From assembly GCA_000320545.1 (NCBI GenBank), contig ADNK01001408.1:1-32330 (forward strand): DNA of 32,330 nt, given 5' to 3'. Below the pieces are notes generated by a model. The model saw only the letters and a program-made list of their open reading frames with translations. It was not told where the DNA came from and ran no database searches. The position numbers and the translations under genes were made by a program. Shown here one piece after another: positions 1 to 13,493 of this stretch. Position 1 is the first letter of the stretch; each line of letters begins with the position of its first letter. Source of the stretch: Bigelowiella natans CCMP2755 (Eukaryota > Protista > Cercozoa).

Positions 1-6
1 ATATAG

Positions 7-1227
7 GCATAGATCACAACATGGAGGGGGCTAGGGCGGGTATGTCTGTGAGAGAGCATGGTAGCGATCTCGAGGAGGGAGGCAGATCGGGGGAGGGAAG
101 ACACGACGACGTAGTCGAAGCTGCAGATGATGAGGATGAGGAGGAGGAGCTCAGTGATGCAGAGGAGCCCAGATATAGCGAAATGATGAAGGATCTTGAC
201 CACGCATATGAAGAGTAGTATAAGAACAAGAAGAAGAAGAAGAAGAAGAAGAGGAAGAGGAAAAGGGGAAAGATGAAATCGTTCAGTGTCATCGTTGTTG
301 TCGTTTCGTTTTGATGTGGTTGCGATTCGTCCCTGTGCTTTTCTTTCTGATGATGATGCTGATAATGACGATGATGATGATGATGATGATGATAATGGTG
401 GTGACGATGATGACGATTATGACCTGTAATACAGATATAGACAGCGCCGTAACTTGCCTACCCGTGGACGTGGACGAAGTAATAGAATTGATCATCTTCA
501 CATGACAACAACAACAACAACATCATCATCATCATCATTATTAACATCAGCAAAAACAAGAACATCTCATGATACTTTACCCGAGTGAGGGTTATTTGTT
601 TTGATTCTTTGCGGAACCCCCCCCCCCTTCCCTTTCCTTTGTACGTAAAATAGGCAGCAGCTCGAAACTGGCTCTGGATCCTGACGAAATTGTTCCTGGG
701 GAAGATGAGTTCAACCTGTAATTTCATAATTATAATTATTTATGCTTACTTGCTACCTTTTTCCCGCAACGCAATTTAAATTGCTACTACACTACTATCG
801 ACATCCTTTTTCTCTCGTCTTGCTGCTTCTTCCATCTCCTTGCTGGTGAAACAGCAGATGTTAATCGGGCTCCTCTCATGTTTATCATTCAGATTGGCTG
901 ACACACGCACGCACTTCAACCCACCAACGAATGACGACGATGACGACGATGATGATGACAACAGCAACAACCCTCTTAATGTCCTCTCTCTCTTCTTTCG
1001 CTCTTTCCCCCACCCCTCCCCCCTCTCTGTCTCTCTGCCTCACACACACACACACGCGCGCGCGCGCGCGCACGCACACACACTCTTGCTCTCACTCTCT
1101 CTATGGCATAGATCATGAATGCATATATGAAGCATATGTAGTAGCGGAGAGCATGTATTTTTTTTTTTTTAAATGAAAGTCCGATCCTCGTGGGTATTGT
1201 TATATTCAGCCGCTTTTCTATTATCTC

Positions 1228-1267
<40 letters not shown>

Positions 1268-3201
1268 TCTCTTCTCTCTTCTCTCTTCTAGGTGGAGATT
1301 GCAGAGAAGAAGGCCGTCACCGAAGACTCGAAAACTCATGCCGCTGCAAGGGTGATGCGAGGATGCTCCGCACTGATGAGAGAAGAGGCAGAAGGGGGCA
1401 GGAGATAGAACCTAAGCACTCAAAAAACAAGATTACATCTTACATATTCTCCTAAGTCATTTTACCGTCACATATGTGTGTACGTGCGTGCACTGGGGGG
1501 GGGGGAACACTCGTTGGTGCTTTCATCACCGATTTACGATTTCATCTCTTCTCCCCTTCCCCCTTTTACCGTTCTCCTCAGGTCTCACGATGGTTCTCAC
1601 GAGACATGTTCGGGATGGAGAGTGAGGAGGAGGAGGAGGAGGATAACGACGACGACGATGACGATGACGATGTGGCTGATCGCCAGCCCGCAGCGAAACG
1701 CAAGAAAGAGGGGGCGAAACGCAAAGAGAAGAAAGATAATGATAATGATGATGATGATGATGATGATAGCAAGGAGGAGGAGGTTGGGGCAGAATCTCAC
1801 CGAAGTAAAGGAAAAGCAGCAGCGGCGGCAGCATCCACTACTGCTTCGACCACAGATGAAGGGGGTTTCTCTTTTGGAGGGTCTACGACACCGTATGCAG
1901 CAGCAGGAGGAAAAGGTAATCTGCGCTTTGCATTATTATCTGGAGAAGGATAGATAAAAACAACAGCAACTCTAACCTGTGTATTCTACTGAACTACTTT
2001 CATTGATTCACAAGACCAATCAATCAATCGGTCGATCAATGCCATTGCTCATTGCTGCTGTTTCTTTGTTTCTTTCTCCCATGATGCAGCATCCTCCTCG
2101 GGCGATAAGAATGGCGGCGTGGACGACGACGATGACGATAGCGGATTCGAAGAGGTTGCGCTGGAGGAGGAATGGTCCTCTGACAGCGATGCTAGAGCGG
2201 AGGTGGGAAAAACACACCTACCGACAGAATGAATAGATCAATCGATCAAGCCTTCAATCGTTCAATCGTTTTGTTGTTGATGATGATGACGACGATGACG
2301 ACGATGGTGGTGGTGCTGGTGGTTGCTTTCTCCCGTTTTTATCCTAACGGGGGACCCTGCTGTTGTCCATGCGACGACGTAGCCGCTGCCGTCATCATTT
2401 CCTCCTCTCCCTCGCAGCACACCCCCGGGAACAAACAGTCCCATCCATCCATCCATCCATTCATCCATCATCTGTGTTTCCTTATCGTTGGTGCCGTTTG
2501 TCCCTTTTTTTTTTCTCACGCACGAGCGCTCCTTCGATGGATATTTCTCCACCTCTCCTCACACTTGATGCAGCATGGCGCTGATCTGTTTCCATGCACA
2601 CAGGCTCTGGCGATGGGCGCGCTGATGCTCCGCAAGAGGAGCAGGAACAAGATGATCAACGACGCATACAACCGCTACTCGTGGAACGACACCGAAGATG
2701 CTCCTGAGTGGTTCCGCAACGAGGAGGCAGAGTAAGCCCCAATACCCACATCATGACCCCCACAGCATCATGATAATAGTACGTTAGTAGGATACTTGGA
2801 TTTTTTGTGTTTTGCTAACCCCCCCTCCTTCCTCTTCTGCCTAGTAACATCTGTCCGTAATTTCAATGTCCTCCTCCGCTGAATCCCCATCTCTCGCTGC
2901 TTGCTCCATGCTTTCGATATCTTCTGATAGCTTTGGTCCCCATGCTTTCATCGTTTGCAAAGCTTTACGTGTTGTGTTGTTGTTGTTGTTGTTGTTGTTG
3001 CCGTCATTACTGCAGTGGCCAATCTTTCTTGCATACGTTGCTAATGTCTGCTGTACCTCCCCCCCCTCCTCCCTCTTTCCCCTTTCCCCTCCCACATACT
3101 TGCTTTCTCTCAGATACAATGTACGGATCTTGCCTGTGACGAGGGAGCAAGTGCAGGAAGGTAGATCACACCAATAGACGATACATGCGAACGTCCACAT
3201 A

Positions 3202-3275
<74 letters not shown>

Positions 3276-4196
3276 ATAAATACACTCCTTCAAATAATTC
3301 TCTGCTTTCGTCTAAGCTCGGGCACAGCTAACTGCGATCAATGCAAAGCCGATGAAGAAGGTGATGGCAGATATCTTCTCTTTCTTATGTTTCATGACGA
3401 CATGCCACTTGCTTCCCTAATATTTAACCTCCCCCCTCCCCCCCATGAACTTATTAGTTTTGCAATGGTTGACATGCGCGAGCCCGTTGCAATTTGTTGA
3501 TGATATTGTTCGCCAAGTCTTCGTCCTTGCTCTGCGTTGTCTTATATCGTGCTATATCATCATCCTTGAAATTATGGAAATCATGCCGAAGTTAGTAGTC
3601 GATTTGATTCGAGTGGTAAAAATAGTAGTGAATAAATCTTACCATACCCGTGACCCAATCATCCTCCTTGTCATTATCATCATCACAGGTCGCAGAGGCG
3701 CGATACCGAAAGAAGGTGCAAGCGATGAAAAAGATGAAGAAGGCCACGCAAAAGGCCGAGGGCATCATGAACGATTCGTCCGTCCCAGATGGGGAGAAGA
3801 TCAAGGGCATTGAAAAGGTGATAAAGAATGCCGCGAAGAGGAAGAAGAAGGACAGGATTTACGTCGTCAGCAAGCGAGGAATTGGCGGTAATAGTAACAG
3901 TAGCAGCAGCAATTGTAGCCGTGTTATTGTTGTTGTTGTTGTTGTTGTTATTGTTCTGCCGTTGTATTATAATGAGAAGCCCAAATTCCCTAACCCTATC
4001 ATTGATTAGAATTTTTATGCACATCCTTACAGGGAAAGAGCAGACGCGACAGGCAATTCGCTCAGCCAAGAAGAAGGGGGGGAGGGTAAAGCTTGTCGAC
4101 AAACGGATGAGGGCCGATACATACCGTGCAAAGCAAAGAGCTAAGAAAGGGGGCGGGAAAAAGAAGGGTGGAGGCTCGCGAAAAAGAAAACGATAG
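7..4196 (+). CDS. SPB1: Pre-rRNA 2'-O-methyltransferase SPB1/FTSJ3, 3' part (5' end upstream of window); 12 visible exons
   Basis: Frame-consistent GT-AG exons 7-214, 435-478, 654-717, 893-980, 1292-1351, 1582-1915, 2090-2202, 2604-2731, 3114-3160, 3317-3360, 3689-3887, 4033-4196. They give EALAMGALMLRKRSRNKMINDAYNRYSWNDTEDAPEWFRNEEAEYNVRILPVTREQVQEARAQLTAINAKPMKKVAEARYRKK...GRVKLVDKRMRAD, which is the Spb1_C domain signature. Confidence 0.93.
348..420. repeat. (GAT)n-type microsatellite in SPB1 intron
   Basis: Directly visible imperfect GAT/GAC triplet run; one of many intronic SSRs in SPB1. Confidence 0.85.
3202..3273. repeat. Compound (CT)n(GT)n microsatellite in SPB1 intron
   Basis: Directly visible. 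Confidence 0.9.
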
Positions 4197-4975
4197 TATA
4201 GAGATAATCTAGATAATGACTACGTTGAAAATAGAATTATGTGCTTAATGCATACACGGAGAAGCTTTTCTGTGACGTTGGCATGCTAGCATGCCGCACG
4301 CGCATTATTGTTAGCGTGTGTATCTGTGTATCTGTTTCAATTGTCAGTCGTTCATTGCATTGTAGTCGTACAATTACGCCTGCGCGCGCGTCGGTGGACG
4401 TCCTAAATATTTCTGACATTAACGTATAGCCGCACTAGCGCATACCAAACGAATGTCTATAGAAGTGCACGAAGGGACTTGCGCTCGTGTACTACTCGCA
4501 TGCTCGCGCCATCTAGCTAGCTATATGCTATCTAGCATGCATGCAAGCTTATTATTATTCGAAGACAATATGCCAATCATGCAAGCAAGCATACCAGCAT
4601 AGCATACAGCACACAATCGCAGAGCGTCGCACATAATTTGCAGTGCTGTCACCACCACTTTGCGCACAGCTACATCAGGATCGATGGCGATTGAAGATAT
4701 TGAATACGCAAATTACATCCGTCTATCTCATCCATTTATAGCAGTACGTCGCACTACATAGGTGCTTTATTCATATGCGCGACGCGCAAATAATTGCCAT
4801 CCAATGCAATGGAATATCTGAAATGTAGTGCCATACATGTACAATACAATATAGCGCGATTATCACAGTAGGACTCCGGTAATCGATATTGTTCTGCCAG
4901 CAGAATAAATATTTATCACATGATGTTGTGCGCAAAAGGTAGATTAGTATCAATATCCGACGATGCTGCCAGCGA

Positions 4976-7347
4976 CTATGCTGCTACGTCGTTTGCGGTG
5001 TTGTCGTCCTCAGTTGGTGCTGCGTGATCAGTGGTAAGGGCTGCGGGTGCTGCCACCTCCTCTGTTTCACCAGAATCATCAGCAGTGCCTTCAGTTGTAG
5101 TTGCCGCTATCGTTGCCGTCGTCTCCTGCTTCTGTTGATCAGTTGTTCCTTCTCCCCCCTCCCCCTCTCCAACTACTTGTATTTCTTCTGCTGCATCGTC
5201 GTCTTGCTCCTCCTCTTGATGGTCCTCTTGCTCCTTAGCATCTGCTACTGCTGCTGTAACAGCTTTGACGTCGTCTTCCAAGCTTTCTTCTTCTTCCCTT
5301 TCTCCCACCACTTGATCCTGCTGCTCCCCCCCCGCCCCCTCTCCCTCCTCCTCCTCCTCCTCATCGTCCTCTTGGATATCAGTCGCAGCATCTGCAATAT
5401 CATCAGCTGGTTGCTGCTTTCCTTCTTCTTCGTTGATGTTCAGAGCAACGGTGGTGGTGGTTGTTGAGATTGCGGCTTCATCCTCAATTACTTCTCCTCC
5501 TCCCATTTCTTCAGCTGCTGCTTCGTTCTCTACTTGATCGAGATCTTGATCCCCATCCTCCTCCGCAGCTGCTGCAGCAGCACTATCATCAACACCATCT
5601 TCCATCTTATTATTATGATCATTCTCTGTCGCTGGAACCACTTCCTCCATCGCATCCTCGACAAGCATCTCCCCCTTTTCTTCTTCTTCTTCTTCTTCTT
5701 CTTCCTTTTGTTCTTTCTCTTCAGTGTTGCTGTTATTATTATTATTGCCGCTTTTGTGACCTACATCCTGGGCTGCTGCTTCTGCTGCTTCTTCCTCCTC
5801 CTCCTCATCTTCAGGTTGCTGCCTTTGCTGCGCCTGAGAGACATCTTGGTCTTCTTCGTTCTCTACCCTTCCTCCTCCTCCTCCTTCCTCATCATCTTCC
5901 ATCTCGTCAGCGTCGTCAGCATCAACAGCAGCAGCTACTACTACGCCGTCTTCTTCTTCCGCTGTTTGGGTAGTGTCGACAACAGTTGTTTCTGCTGCTG
6001 CTGCTGCCCCTGCAGGAGGCTCCTCCTCCTTTGCTTCATCTGGATCTTCTCTTCCTCCTTCATCATCATCTTCGACCATTGCAGCAGCAGCATCCATAGT
6101 AGCCTCTTCTTTCACTTCCTCCTCTTCCATCATCGCAGATGATGATGCTGCCTCTGCTGCCGATTGATCTTGGAGAGGTGCTGCTGCTGCTGGAGACTTG
6201 GTCTCCTCCTCCTCAACTTCTGCAGCAGCAGGCTCCTCAGCGACTCTCTCAGCAGCAGCAGCCTCCTCGGCAGCCTTTTTAGCAGCAGCTTCTTCAGCAG
6301 CCTTCTTAGCAGCAGCAGCAGCAGCAGCAGCTTCTTTCTTCTTTAGAGCCGCCTGCTGTGCCGCCAAGAGCTTAGCCTTTTTAGCAGCAGCTTCCTCAGC
6401 AGCCTTTTTAGCAGCGGCAGCAGCAGCAGCAGCTTTCTTCTTAAGAGCCGCCTGCCGTGCCGCCAAGAGCTTCTTCTTAACTTCGATCTCCCTCTTGGCA
6501 GCCTCCGCCGCTTTTTTCTTTCTCTCCTCTTCCGCCGCCGCTTTCTCTTCGCGCTTCTTTCTCGCTGCTGCTGCCTCAGCAGCTTCGGCCGCTCTCTGGG
6601 CCTCTTCGTTTTTCCGTGCTTCCTCGGCCTCCTTTTTCTTCCTAACAAGCAACTCTAGTTTGCGCCTCGCATCTTCTTCAGCTGCTGCCGTAGTAGTAGC
6701 AGCTGTCGTCTTGGAGTCTACTACCTCCATTGATGATGATGATAATGATGATGCTGATACTAACGGTGATGATTTCTCAGGCGGTGCGACAGCCTTCCTC
6801 TTTGCCATTGACAACGACGAAGCGGCACCCATGTCTACAGGGCGATCGCGCTTCTTTAAGTTGGGACGAATCGCCGCTATGGTAGCAGTTGTGTTCGTTG
6901 CGGAAGGAGTAGTAATTGTTGTTGGAGGAGAAGAAGAGGAAGCAGTTGTAAGCAGCGGACTGCTTACTGGTGCTGCTGCTGGAATGGTTGGGGTACGATC
7001 TATGATCAAGGACCTTTTCCTTCTCGTTGCAGACTTCTGCTCTTGCCCACCGCTGCCACCACTTTTACCATCCCCAACAACGGTAGTTGTAGTAGTAGTA
7101 GCAGCAGTAGCAGCAGTAGCAGTACCTGTGCCAGGAGAGGCTCTCATTCGTTTCCTTTTGTTGGCAGTGCTGGCGCTGGCCGATGAACCAGCAGATGCTG
7201 TTGGCGTGGAGGAAGAAGAAGCTTCTGGTATCATCATCTTCTTCCTTTTAGCAGCACCAACACCAACAGCAGCAGCAGCAGCCGAGGGAGTCTTCTTCGT
7301 GGTGGTGGTGGTTATGGCGGCGGCACTAGGCACAGCTGCACTGTTTG

Positions 7348-7381
<34 letters not shown>

Positions 7382-8562
7382 ATTTCTCTTCAGTTCAGGA
7401 TACAGTTTTTTCCTATACATGCTCGCTTGATCATGTGCGATCTTCACGTTGGCCTCGGCCGTCTTGAGTTTCGCCTGGAGCGCCTTCTTGGTGTCCTCAT
7501 GCTTCTTTTTCTCTCCCTTGAGGAGGAAGTTGGTCGTTTTCAGCTTTGTCAGGTAGGTCTTGACCTTTGCTGTCTCGGTCTTGAGTTTCTCCTTAAGCTC
7601 TTGCTCGGCGCGCTTGGAGTTCGATTGCATCTCAGTGAAGCTTTTACGGGCGCTAGCAAGACACCTGAGCAGCTTCCTGTTGGACGTAGTCACAGCGTCC
7701 GTGGCTTTGTCGGATTTCTTGAGCTTCTCCACGGATACTTTGGCCTCCTTGAACTTGCTCTCGAACTTCTTAGACCTATTTTTCCAGCCGTGTGCCGCTT
7801 TCCTCAGCGATTCGCTGGTCTCCTTCTCCTTCGCCAGCACAGCCTGCACCTCTGTAACCTTGGCGGCAAGGTCGTCCTTCTCCTTCTCGGCTTTCTTCGT
7901 CTCATCGTCTTTGTCAGCGAGCTCCTGCGAGGCCCGTTCGGCCTGGAGCTTGGCCTCTGCCTTGAATCTCTCGTGCTCCTGCTTGAGATTCTCGTGCACC
8001 TGCTTGTCCACCATCTGGTACTTATCCAGCAGCTGACGGTTCCTCTCCTTCCAGAACTCCACGTCCTGGAGAAGGGACTTCTTCTCGGAACGGAGCACAT
8101 CGATCTGTCCTTTGCAGTGCATGTTGTCCTTGCGAAGGGGCTCCACCTCCCCCTCTAGCCGTTTCCATTTCGATTCGAACGACTCGAGCCGCTTCTTGTA
8201 CTTCTCGGCGTCGGTGCGCAGCATCATGTTGCTCTCCTTGAGCAGCCGCTCGCTCATCACCAACTCCAGCTGCTTGGCGTGCTCCTCGGCGTTGTACACG
8301 TTCGTCTGCGAGGATGCGCGGTTTTTGAGCTCCTCCCTCGCCTCCTCCAGCGCCTTTAATTGATTCTCATACTTCCTCTCAAACATCGCGGCTTTTTGGA
8401 TCTCGCTCTTTAGCTTGAGAGATACCTGATCTTTTGACATTCTAGCGAGGCTGAGGAGCTCTCGCAGCTCCAAGATGGTCTTCTTGCTGCTTTCAGCTCC
8501 CGTGATCAAATTGGGGGAAGTAGAAGGGGTTGCTATTGATGCCTCAGGCAGTCCGCTACTAA

Positions 8563-8594
<32 letters not shown>

Positions 8595-11500
8595 AGGCTT
8601 TGGATCTCGCGATTTATCACTTCCATTTGCGACTCTAACAGCTCATTCTCCCTACGCGATGCTTCTAGCTTCGCTTCGAACCCATGGCGCTCGGCCTCCA
8701 TGGCAGCCTCAGCTTTCTTCACCTCTTCTTTTGATTCCACCAGCTTTGCCTCCCACTCTTTTGCGACCGCCTCTGCCTTCTCCTTCTCCACGCACATGAG
8801 CTCTAGCTGGGCTTTTGTTTCGTTAAGACGCTTATTCTGCTCCACGTGCATCACCAGTTCGCGTTCGTAGCCTTCGTGGGACTCCTGAGCCATCTTCTTG
8901 AATTGTATAGACTCCGCCTTGAATTTGTTCATGTTGTCCTCCACAGTTTTCAGCATCGCTTGCGCAGAGTCTCTGGCGCTCAGAGCCTCACCCATCTCCT
9001 GTTTGGTCTTCTTCTCGAGCTCCGAGAGCTTATCCTTGAGGTTTTCGACTTCTCGGTCACTGTTGCGACAGTGAGCCGTCAGCTCTTCGACTCGCTTCGC
9101 CAGTGCGCTGTTCTGACCCTTGCTCTCCTCCAGCAGCCTAGCAGCCGTGCTGCGCTCCTCGTCGCGGTCCTTGGTGTAGTCTTGGAGTAGGGCATCAGCC
9201 TTCGAGGCCATTTGCTTGAATTTCTCAGTGTTCGCCTTTGAGTCGGTCAGTGCTGTATTGATGAGCTTGATCTCGTCGTTCGCCTGCTTCAGGTCCTCCT
9301 CGAGCTGGTGCCGCCTCTTAGCCTCGGGGTCCCCGCTTAGCATGCTCTTCCGCAGCTCTCGCTCGTCGTGCACCTCCTGCTGCGATTTTTTAAGTTCCTC
9401 CCGCAGCTTGGGGAGGTCAGCACGCAGCTTTTCGATCTCATGCTCCGCCTTGAGTCGGGCCTTGTCGGCTTCGTAGAACTTGGATTTGGAGGAGGCAGCT
9501 TCCGCAAGGTGAGCCTCTACTCGCCTGCGCAGTGCCTCTACCTCCAAGCTCTTGTTCCTGAGCTTGCTATCCATTTCGACTCGCTCTCGCTCATGCCTTG
9601 CTTTATGCTTCTCCAGCTCCGCAATGGCCTCCTGCTTCTCTTTGATGACCCCGCGATGGCTAGCCTCGGCCGTTTTTCGAAGGCTCGCTCGCATTTCTGC
9701 GAGGGTGTCCATCAAAGCGGCGGACTTGTGTTTTTCTCCGACGAGGCGAGCATTCTCTTCAATCAGTCGGGCCTCACTCTTCCGCAAGAGTTTAACTTCG
9801 GCTTCAACCTGACACCGAATAAAGAATCAAACATGGTGTAGAGACGCAGAATAAGGATAATAATAGGGATGACGATGATGTTCTCTCAGCCGTTACAACA
9901 GCATAAGGTGGGATGAAAATTTAAGGAGGAGGATGACAAAAAGGGGAAGCTCCAGATGAAAAATAAAGGAGTTGAAACATACCTTCCTGTACGACGCGCC
10001 CTGCTCCATCATACGATCTTTCTCCTCTCGAATTGTTCCCTTGAGATGCTGTATGCGTTCTTGATGCTGCATAAGCGATGCACTGAGGCCTGAGTTTCGC
10101 TTACGAAGCTCGTCAAGCTCTTTCCGGATCCTGTCGACCTCGCCGTTGAGCTTGTCGTAGCGTTCAGAACTGTATTTGGCGTCAAGTTCGGCACGGGTGA
10201 GACTGTGGCGAAGATGGGAATTGTCCTTCTTGAGGCTGTCGATGGAACTGTTCAGCTGCACTTCAACAAGGTTCTTCTCCGTTACGTACCGATCATACTT
10301 CGTTTTGAGATCGGTAAACTCTTTGCTCATCATCACATTGGCAGCAGAGGTCGAAGCCGCTGCTATAGTAACGGTGGTAGAAGGAGCAGCATTCGTTATC
10401 GCCTTTTGGTCTCTAGAGGAGAATCTGGCGTTATTACCGTTCGTGAGGGCTTCAAGCTTCGACATCAAGTGCTCACCCTGTTGATCTTTCGCTTTTATTT
10501 GTGTTTGGTATGTCTTGACCTGGTTCTTGAGCTCATAAATCAACGTATGCATATCCTTCATTCGAGACGATTCGACAGTGGTCTTCTCACGCTCCATTTT
10601 TTCACAGCGTTTTTGCAGCAGTCGCACCACGGCCATTGTTCGAATATACTGGCTGTACAGCTGCTCGACGCTGTTGAAAGTCACCAGTTCTTTGGTGACG
10701 ACATCTGTGTGGGTTTTTCGTCCAATGACACCAGATGGCCTGGCGGCTTCCTGTTTGTCGAGTAGCAATGTATTTTGCTGGAAAAGGTCGTTGAGTTTGG
10801 CATTCAAATCTGTTCTTTCTTTAGCCAACTTTTGATTCTGCTCCTTTAGTCGTAAGGCGTACGCCTTCTCCCGATCGTTTTCGGTAATGACGTCGTGAAG
10901 CTTGGCACTAAGCTCCTTATTCGCTTGAGCCATTCGATCAAACTGGGATTTCTGTTGTTGTAGGAGCGGGTCTCTTCGTTGCATATCCCGTTGGATAGTC
11001 TTGAGGTACTTTTTAAGCCGTATGTTCTCAATCTTCAATTCCTGGCTCTGTGTGTGCAGCTCAATGAGCTTGATCTCTTTCTGTGTCGCGCTGAGCCGTC
11101 CGCCTTGGAGTTCCAGACGGGATTTCAGCTGCGTTTCAGACTGTTTCAGGCGTGCAATCTCTCTTTCTGCAGTTTTGACCTTTTCGTCGAGACTTCTGTT
11201 GGCTCTCTTCAACTGGGTCTCCCGAACACTGAACATCTTGGACTCTGACTTTGATTTCTCTTCCATACTCCGGATTGTCTTCTCATGCACGAGGACCTTT
11301 TTCCTCTCGCGAGCGAGCGACTCCTCGAATGACTTTGCAAGCTCAGACTTGGTTGCGAGCCCGGCCTCGAGGTCGCGCACTGCGCTGGCATGCTCGGCTT
11401 CCATCTTGCGCCTCTGCTCAGTGGAAGATTCGAGTTCTCCAGCTAGCTTGTTCTTATGCTTACGAGACACGGTTAATTGATTACGGAGCATCTCGTTCTC

Positions 11501-12948
11501 ATCCTTTCTTGTATCGACTTCTGTCTGAAGACTTTGGATTTTATCGTTGGATTCCCTCCGGAGGCTACGCTCTGATGCAGTTTTTGCCGCTAGTTGCTCC
11601 TCGGCCCATTTCGCGTTACTCTTTACCATCTCCAGTTGCGCCTTTAGTCTTTCTTTTTCCCCTTGAATGTTGTATTTCTCTGTTCTGACTTCTGCAATGT
11701 TGGTCTGTAATTCGCATACTTTCGTGTTCAGTTGGATGGTCTTTTCGGAGTAATTCTGAAAGAGGGGTAGAGGAGGGGGAGGGATTAGCGGGTGATTTCT
11801 AATTGGAGGAAGAAACAAAATCTGTTACAAAATGTAGACGAACCTTTAGCTCCCCTTGGAGCTTCTCAATTTCCAATGCTTGCTTAGAATTTGTACTCAG
11901 TAGATCACCCTTCTCTTTTGTAATGCCATCCGAAGCGAGCTTTTGCAAAACAAAAAAAGAAGGGATTGAGATGTTTCTCGTAGTACAACAAGCTCCAAAA
12001 ACTGTGGGTACCTTCTGCTGATCCAGTTCCTTTCGTACCCGAGAAATATTGTTTACGAGGGAGTCTACGGAACAACCAGTGTAAGTTCAACAAAAAGGAA
12101 AGGGGTCGTATCGTTCTTAAAAAATCTACCTGCTTTTAACTTGGAGTCTTGGTCCCGTTGATTTAGTAATTGGTTCTGTTGAAGAAGTTTTTGATTCTCC
12201 TTCGCTGCGTCCTAGAAGACACGGGCAGATGAAATTTAGTATCACAGTGCCGATTGCGCAATAAACAGTAGAACCTGGTACATCTTCTCGCATTCCTCAA
12301 TCTTAAGATCGAAATCTCTCCTTTCTGCCTCCGATTTCGCTCTCAGTTCCTCTATCTGACGAAGAAGAGTTCGGACAATGTCCTTCGTCTCGGCAGATAT
12401 TCCTTCCGTCACTTCAAGGAATCTTTCGGTAGACGCCACTGCCACAATCTGCACGATAAGTTATGATAGGAGTTATTGAATAATTATTGATTGATCCGCT
12501 ACGAGATCAAGAGGCTCACCGAGTCTGTATCATGTTGGCTAGGTTCTGGAAGCAAGGAGATTTCTTGAGACATCTCCTGGAAGGTGGATCCTACGGTTGA
12601 TCCTCTTGTTTGATCTGGTCCCGCACTAAAAAAAATACACACTATGCTCAACCACTTACTGTACATTTGATACGATTGTTAATAGTATAGATGAAATGGA
12701 AATCGTGTAAATGCATTCTTTATACGAACGGTGTAATTTTCAAAAATTAGATGTTACCCCGCGCTAGTCTCCTTTACATCTCCCCCTGTTCCTAACTGGC
12801 TTGAGTTCGATCTTTCTTGGATATCTGCCGATCCATCTATCGTATTATTAGTATCCCCTTGCTCCATGATAACCTGGGTAAATGGAGCCCCCTGTTCCCT
12901 GCTTTCTTTTGGATCTTCACCAGTCCCAAACGGCGGCCCGCCCTCCAT
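4976..12948 (-). CDS. TPR: Nuclear basket nucleoporin TPR/MLP1/NUA-like coiled-coil protein, ~2,435 aa, 8 exons
   Basis: Exons 12948-12758, 12625-12520, 12448-12275, 12211-12130, 12064-12012, 11939-11844, 11755-9983, 9808-4976 join in frame with GT-AG introns. TPR-family motifs: LVTFNSVEQLYSQ..AVVRLL, ESHEGYERELVMH (TPR_MLP1_2 domain), LLKESNMMLR..EVEPL..WKERNRQLLDKY. Long coiled coil followed by a disordered acidic tail. Confidence 0.88.
6252..6480 (-). repeat. Coding tandem duplication in TPR tail (KLLAAxQAALKKK-A(n)-KKAAEEAAAKK x2, plus a further KAAEEAAA)
   Basis: Two near-identical nucleotide blocks (agagccgcctgc..gtgccgccaagagc) and repeated cagcctttttagcagcagc motifs. Confidence 0.8.
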
Positions 12949-13493
12949 GAACCTCAGTTTTTCAGAACGTCAGTCGTGCTTATCTTATTCTTTTCAAAAA
13001 TATATATCCTTGAAATTATGATGTGCGACAAGAAAATATTCTTGACGTATGTTTTTGAGAAAATAATATTTTTGCATACGTTGAGATTGCGATAGCTGAA
13101 GTGTGCTACACGAGCGCGTACTTTCCATGAACGAAGTTGCTGTCCCGTGAGTATATGATTCAATTAACGGAAAAAATTTCAATGTTTTCCCATGATATCA
13201 ATAACACAGCGTGCCTTGCATCATGCCAATTTTTTTCTCCTGAGAGATTGATCTTGAAATGAACTTTCCTAGATGAACAAATTCCATTGGATTTCTGATT
13301 TCTTATTTCATTTAATTCATCTTAAATTATCAACTTTCATGCATGGTGTGTCTCGGTGCAAAATCTTGCCTGGCACAAAGACCATTGTACGATTCGAAAT
13401 CCTCTAAATTCTGCAACAAAGACAACAGTAAATTCGAGAGATTCTTTCATTCTTAGAACGCCATCTGATCGATGACGGCCGGTGGTCGGAGTT
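12949..13493. promoter_or_regulatory. Probable shared (bidirectional) promoter between divergent TPR and JMJD5
   Basis: AT-rich ~545-bp gap between head-to-head start codons; no specific elements identified. Confidence 0.5.

Noticed and set aside
7440-9780. Low TpA in the GC-rich TPR coding region as a further desert
   Set aside because: Non-CTAG TpA (TTAA, GTAC, ATAC, TTAT) and Tyr codons persist, so ordinary codon bias explains it.
5024-11688. Long + strand ORFs (e.g. 6198-7382, 7427-8158)
   Set aside because: Antisense shadows of the low-complexity, coiled-coil TPR gene.
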